Positions 61,001 to 64,000 of a stretch of 64,000 bases of DNA are shown piece by piece (position 1 is the first letter of the stretch; every line of letters starts with the position of its first letter). The DNA is taken from contig NC_043004.1 in NCBI RefSeq assembly GCF_006345805.1, forward strand, positions 94,240,001 through 94,304,000, read 5' to 3'. A model generated the notes under the pieces. That model was not told where the DNA came from. It was given only the letters and a program-made list of their open reading frames with translations, and ran no database searches. The stretch comes from Octopus sinensis (Eukaryota). A program made the position numbers and the translations under genes.

Positions 61001-61967
61001 GTCAGGACCCGAAATTCTTTAAACCATAAACAGATGGCGGGCCTTTCGTTGCTGCAATCGACATACGACGAATATCTGCAACAATGAAATGCAACCCCTG
61101 CAGTAGTTTAATGCAGAAGCAGCCACGAATTTTCAGTTGCATCTTTCATTGTTACGGAGTATGAGAGGTGGAGTTTTAGTCATCATCGAAAACGAAAAAT
61201 AAGCAACTATTCAACTACTATGCTCTTCTACGTGAAAACGACATATACATAGTGATTGACAATCAGCTCATGTTACTAGTTTCATTTTTTTTTTTAATCA
61301 GTTTTTATTCGTCTCTTAACAAGTCTCCTGGCGTAGCGGGAGCACTACTAACTCTAGTCAAAATGTGTTGAAGGCAATTACTTCATGACAGACAAAATGA
61401 AGTGTTATATTCAGGGTTTAGTTACGACCTGGTATGTTAATTTTATCAACGGTTCTGTGGTCCATCTTGTCAGACTTAATTTACTTTGGACGGACACTCA
61501 GAATGGAAGTAGTAGAGATGTGAAGAAAATTTATGTCGTTCAAGATTATAATCAAGTTTAAGCTCGAAAATTATTCAAGCATGCTAACATTACTTCTTTC
61601 GTTTTCCGCTTGTTCCATGAATATATAATACAGACGTTCAAAGAAACAGACTTCCAAATTCATTATTCACCCTCCTTGTAAACCTTCTGTCATGGACACG
61701 CTGTAATGAAAGAAACGAAACACCTATCTTTTGCACCTTCCAACAGCCATTTTTATATGTTTACATTATCTCCGTAATCATTTGCTTTGCTGGATTCCTG
61801 TAATGTTCACAGCTGCATTCATAATTTAGTTTCCATAGTGGTTTCTCGTACTACACTCACAACCAGAGGCCAATTCTACTATGCTGCACTTAATTCTGAA
61901 TAACATGGAATTAACATATATATTGTGTATTTATTTATATAAACATATATATTTAATATCATTATAT

Positions 61968-62585
61968 TGAGGCGGCGAGCTGGCAGAAACGTTAGCACGC
62001 CGGGCGAAATGCTTAGCAGTATTTCGTCTGCGTTACGTTGTGAGTTCAAATTCCGCCGACGTCGTCTTTGCCTTTCATCCTTTCGGGGTCGATAAATTAA
62101 GTACCAGTTATGCACTGGGGTCGATGTAATCGACTTAATACTTATGTCTGTCCTTGTTTGTCCCCTCTGTGTTTAGCCCCTTGTGGGTAATAAAGAAATA
62201 GGTATTTCGTCTGTCGTTACGTTCTGTGTTCAAATTCCGCCGAGGTCGACTTTGCCTTTCATCCTTTCGGGGTCGATAAATAAAGTACCAATTTCGCACT
62301 GGGCTCGATCTAATCGACTTAATCCGTTTGTCTGTCCTTGTCTGTCCCCTCTGTGTAGCCCCTTGTGGGCAGTAAAGAAATAAGAATCGTTAGCATGCCA
62401 GACAAAATGCTTAGCGGCATTTCTTCCAGCTTTACGTTGTGAGTTCGAATCCTACCGAGTTAGACTTTGCCTTTCATCCCTCTGGAATCGATAAAATAAT
62501 TACCAGTCAAATGCTAAGGATCGATGAAATTGACTAGCCCTCTCCCTCAAAATTTCGGGCCTTGTGTCCATTGTACAAAGAATTA
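61968..62585 (+). mobile_element. Three head-to-tail SINE B units
   Basis: Full unit 61968-62200, headless unit to 62383, diverged tail-2 unit to ~62585. Confidence 0.85.
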
Positions 62586-63319
62586 TATTTGACCCGGTGA
62601 AAGGTGACGAGCTGGCAGAATCTTTAAAACATCTTATTATAATTCTGCTTGTCACTCCGTTGCTTAGCCGGTCCGTAACGCTTCCACGTGATTAGTTGAA
62701 GGGGGAAGGACAGGTGGTGGTGAGTGTAATGTGTAACTTTTTTATCCAAGTGTTTTTTTTACTCTGTTACTTAACCCGTTTGAAACGCTTTCACGTGATT
62801 AGTTGAAGGAAAAGGTGAAGAGCGAAAAAGAGGGTAAAGCGAAGAGTAAGAGAGAAAGAGGGAGAGTGTTGTGTATTAAGTCTAAAAAATTGTGCATAAA
62901 GTATAAAAAGTGTATATATAAAATGCATTGAGTAATCACCATATCCCAATTTCGTTCACTTTCCAATGAGAAGCAGATGAGCGACTATCTTCTGATACAG
63001 ACACAACACAAGCTACGCTTTCAGGATTTTTGGATAAATTTTGCAGAAATAACCCAATAAGTTTACCATTAATTCCATGAAATATGGGTCCCGCTACTCA
63101 GAATAAATGTTTACGATAGTTGTTCGACGCAATTCTTAGCATGACAGATACAAGGGAGAGAGGCAAAAAACTTGTCTCTAGACTGGTACTTTATTCGCCT
63201 CGGAAAAAGAAAAAGAAAAGCAAAAATGACTTCAGTCGCATTTGAACTCAGGGCGTCGAGAATCGGAATTAATATCGTAATAACGAGTCTGATCGTAATA
63301 ACGGCTCATCATATCAATA

Positions 63320-63705
63320 GGAAGGAAGCACTCCGTCGGTTACGACGATGAGGGTTCCGGTTGATCCGAATCAACGGAACAGCCTGCTCGTGAAATTAAC
63401 GTGTAAGTGGTTGAGCACTCCACAGACACGTGTACCCTTAACGTAGTTCTCGAGGATATTCAGCGTGACACAGAGAGTGACAAAGCCGGCCCTTTGAAAT
63501 ACAGGTACAACAGAAACAGGAAGTAAGAGTGAGAGAAAGTTGTGGTGAAAGAGTACAGCAGGGATCACCACCATCCCCTGCCGGAGCCTCGTGGAGCTTT
63601 AGGTGTTTTCGCTCAATAAACACTCACAACGCCCGGTCTGGGAATCGAAACTGCGATCCTATGACCGCGAGTCCGCTGCCCTAACCACTGGGCCATTGCG
63701 CCTCC
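63320..63705 (-). mobile_element. SINE family C, full length, 11-bp TSD
   Basis: TCATATCAATA at 63309-63319 and 63706-63716. Near-identical to 22978-23365. Confidence 0.95.
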
Positions 63706-63734
63706 TCATATCAATATAATAATATATGAAATGT

Positions 63735-63945
63735 GTGTAAGGCAATGAGCTGGCATAGTCGTTTCCGCACCGGGAAAATGCTTAACGGCATTAATTCTAA
63801 CTTTAAGTTCAAATGCTGCCGGAGGTCTACTTTGTCCTTTTATCCTTTCGGGTCGATAAAATTAGTACCAGTTGGACACTGGGGTGTATGTAACCGACTT
63901 ACCCCCCCCTGAAATTACTGGCCTTGTGCCAGAATTTGAAAGCAG
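63735..63945 (+). mobile_element. SINE family B (tail 2), diverged
   Basis: AGGCAATGAGCTGGCA head, TCCTTTCGGGTCGATAAAATTAGTACCAG core, GGCCTTGTGCC tail. Confidence 0.75.
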
Positions 63946-63984
63946 TATATGAAACATGAATTATGTGAGTTGAATTAATTAATA

Positions 63985-64000
63985 TATTAGGTTGTCCCAA
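63985..64000. mobile_element. Probable mariner TIR start at the window edge
   Basis: TATTAGGTTGTCCCAA; only 16 nt visible. Confidence 0.35.

Noticed and set aside
62670-62812. 26-bp direct repeat with CACGTG as a Helitron end or enhancer
   Set aside because: No terminal hairpin/CTRR or second copy visible to support either call.

Overview
This is AT-rich, repeat-saturated animal genomic DNA, most likely from a coleoid cephalopod (Octopus). That assignment is an inference from the SINE families and microsatellite load. I recognised no host protein-coding exon with confidence, and most long entries in the ORF track are translated microsatellites. The window contains at least four tRNA-headed SINE families, called A, B, C and CORE-like here. 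It also holds relics of RLE-class non-LTR retrotransposons: R4/Dong-like copies anchored in (AAT)n and (TACA)n arrays, plus one Hero/NeSL-like fragment. Other mobile content includes Penelope-like elements (a GIY-YIG fragment and terminal segments), mariner, maT and pogo transposase relics, and several MITEs/foldbacks. There are two tandem segmental duplications (~1.33 kb and ~2.45 kb) and one intact-looking tRNA-His(GTG) gene. The most notable signal is a complete canonical type I hammerhead ribozyme (34900-34975) inside a ~610-bp non-coding element with a 509-bp period and ~95-bp terminal redundancy, resembling a retrozyme or non-autonomous Penelope element. Several degenerate hammerhead motifs sit at other Penelope-like ends, one downstream of an embedded tRNA-like Pol III cassette. 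All family names come from recalled motifs; no database search was run.
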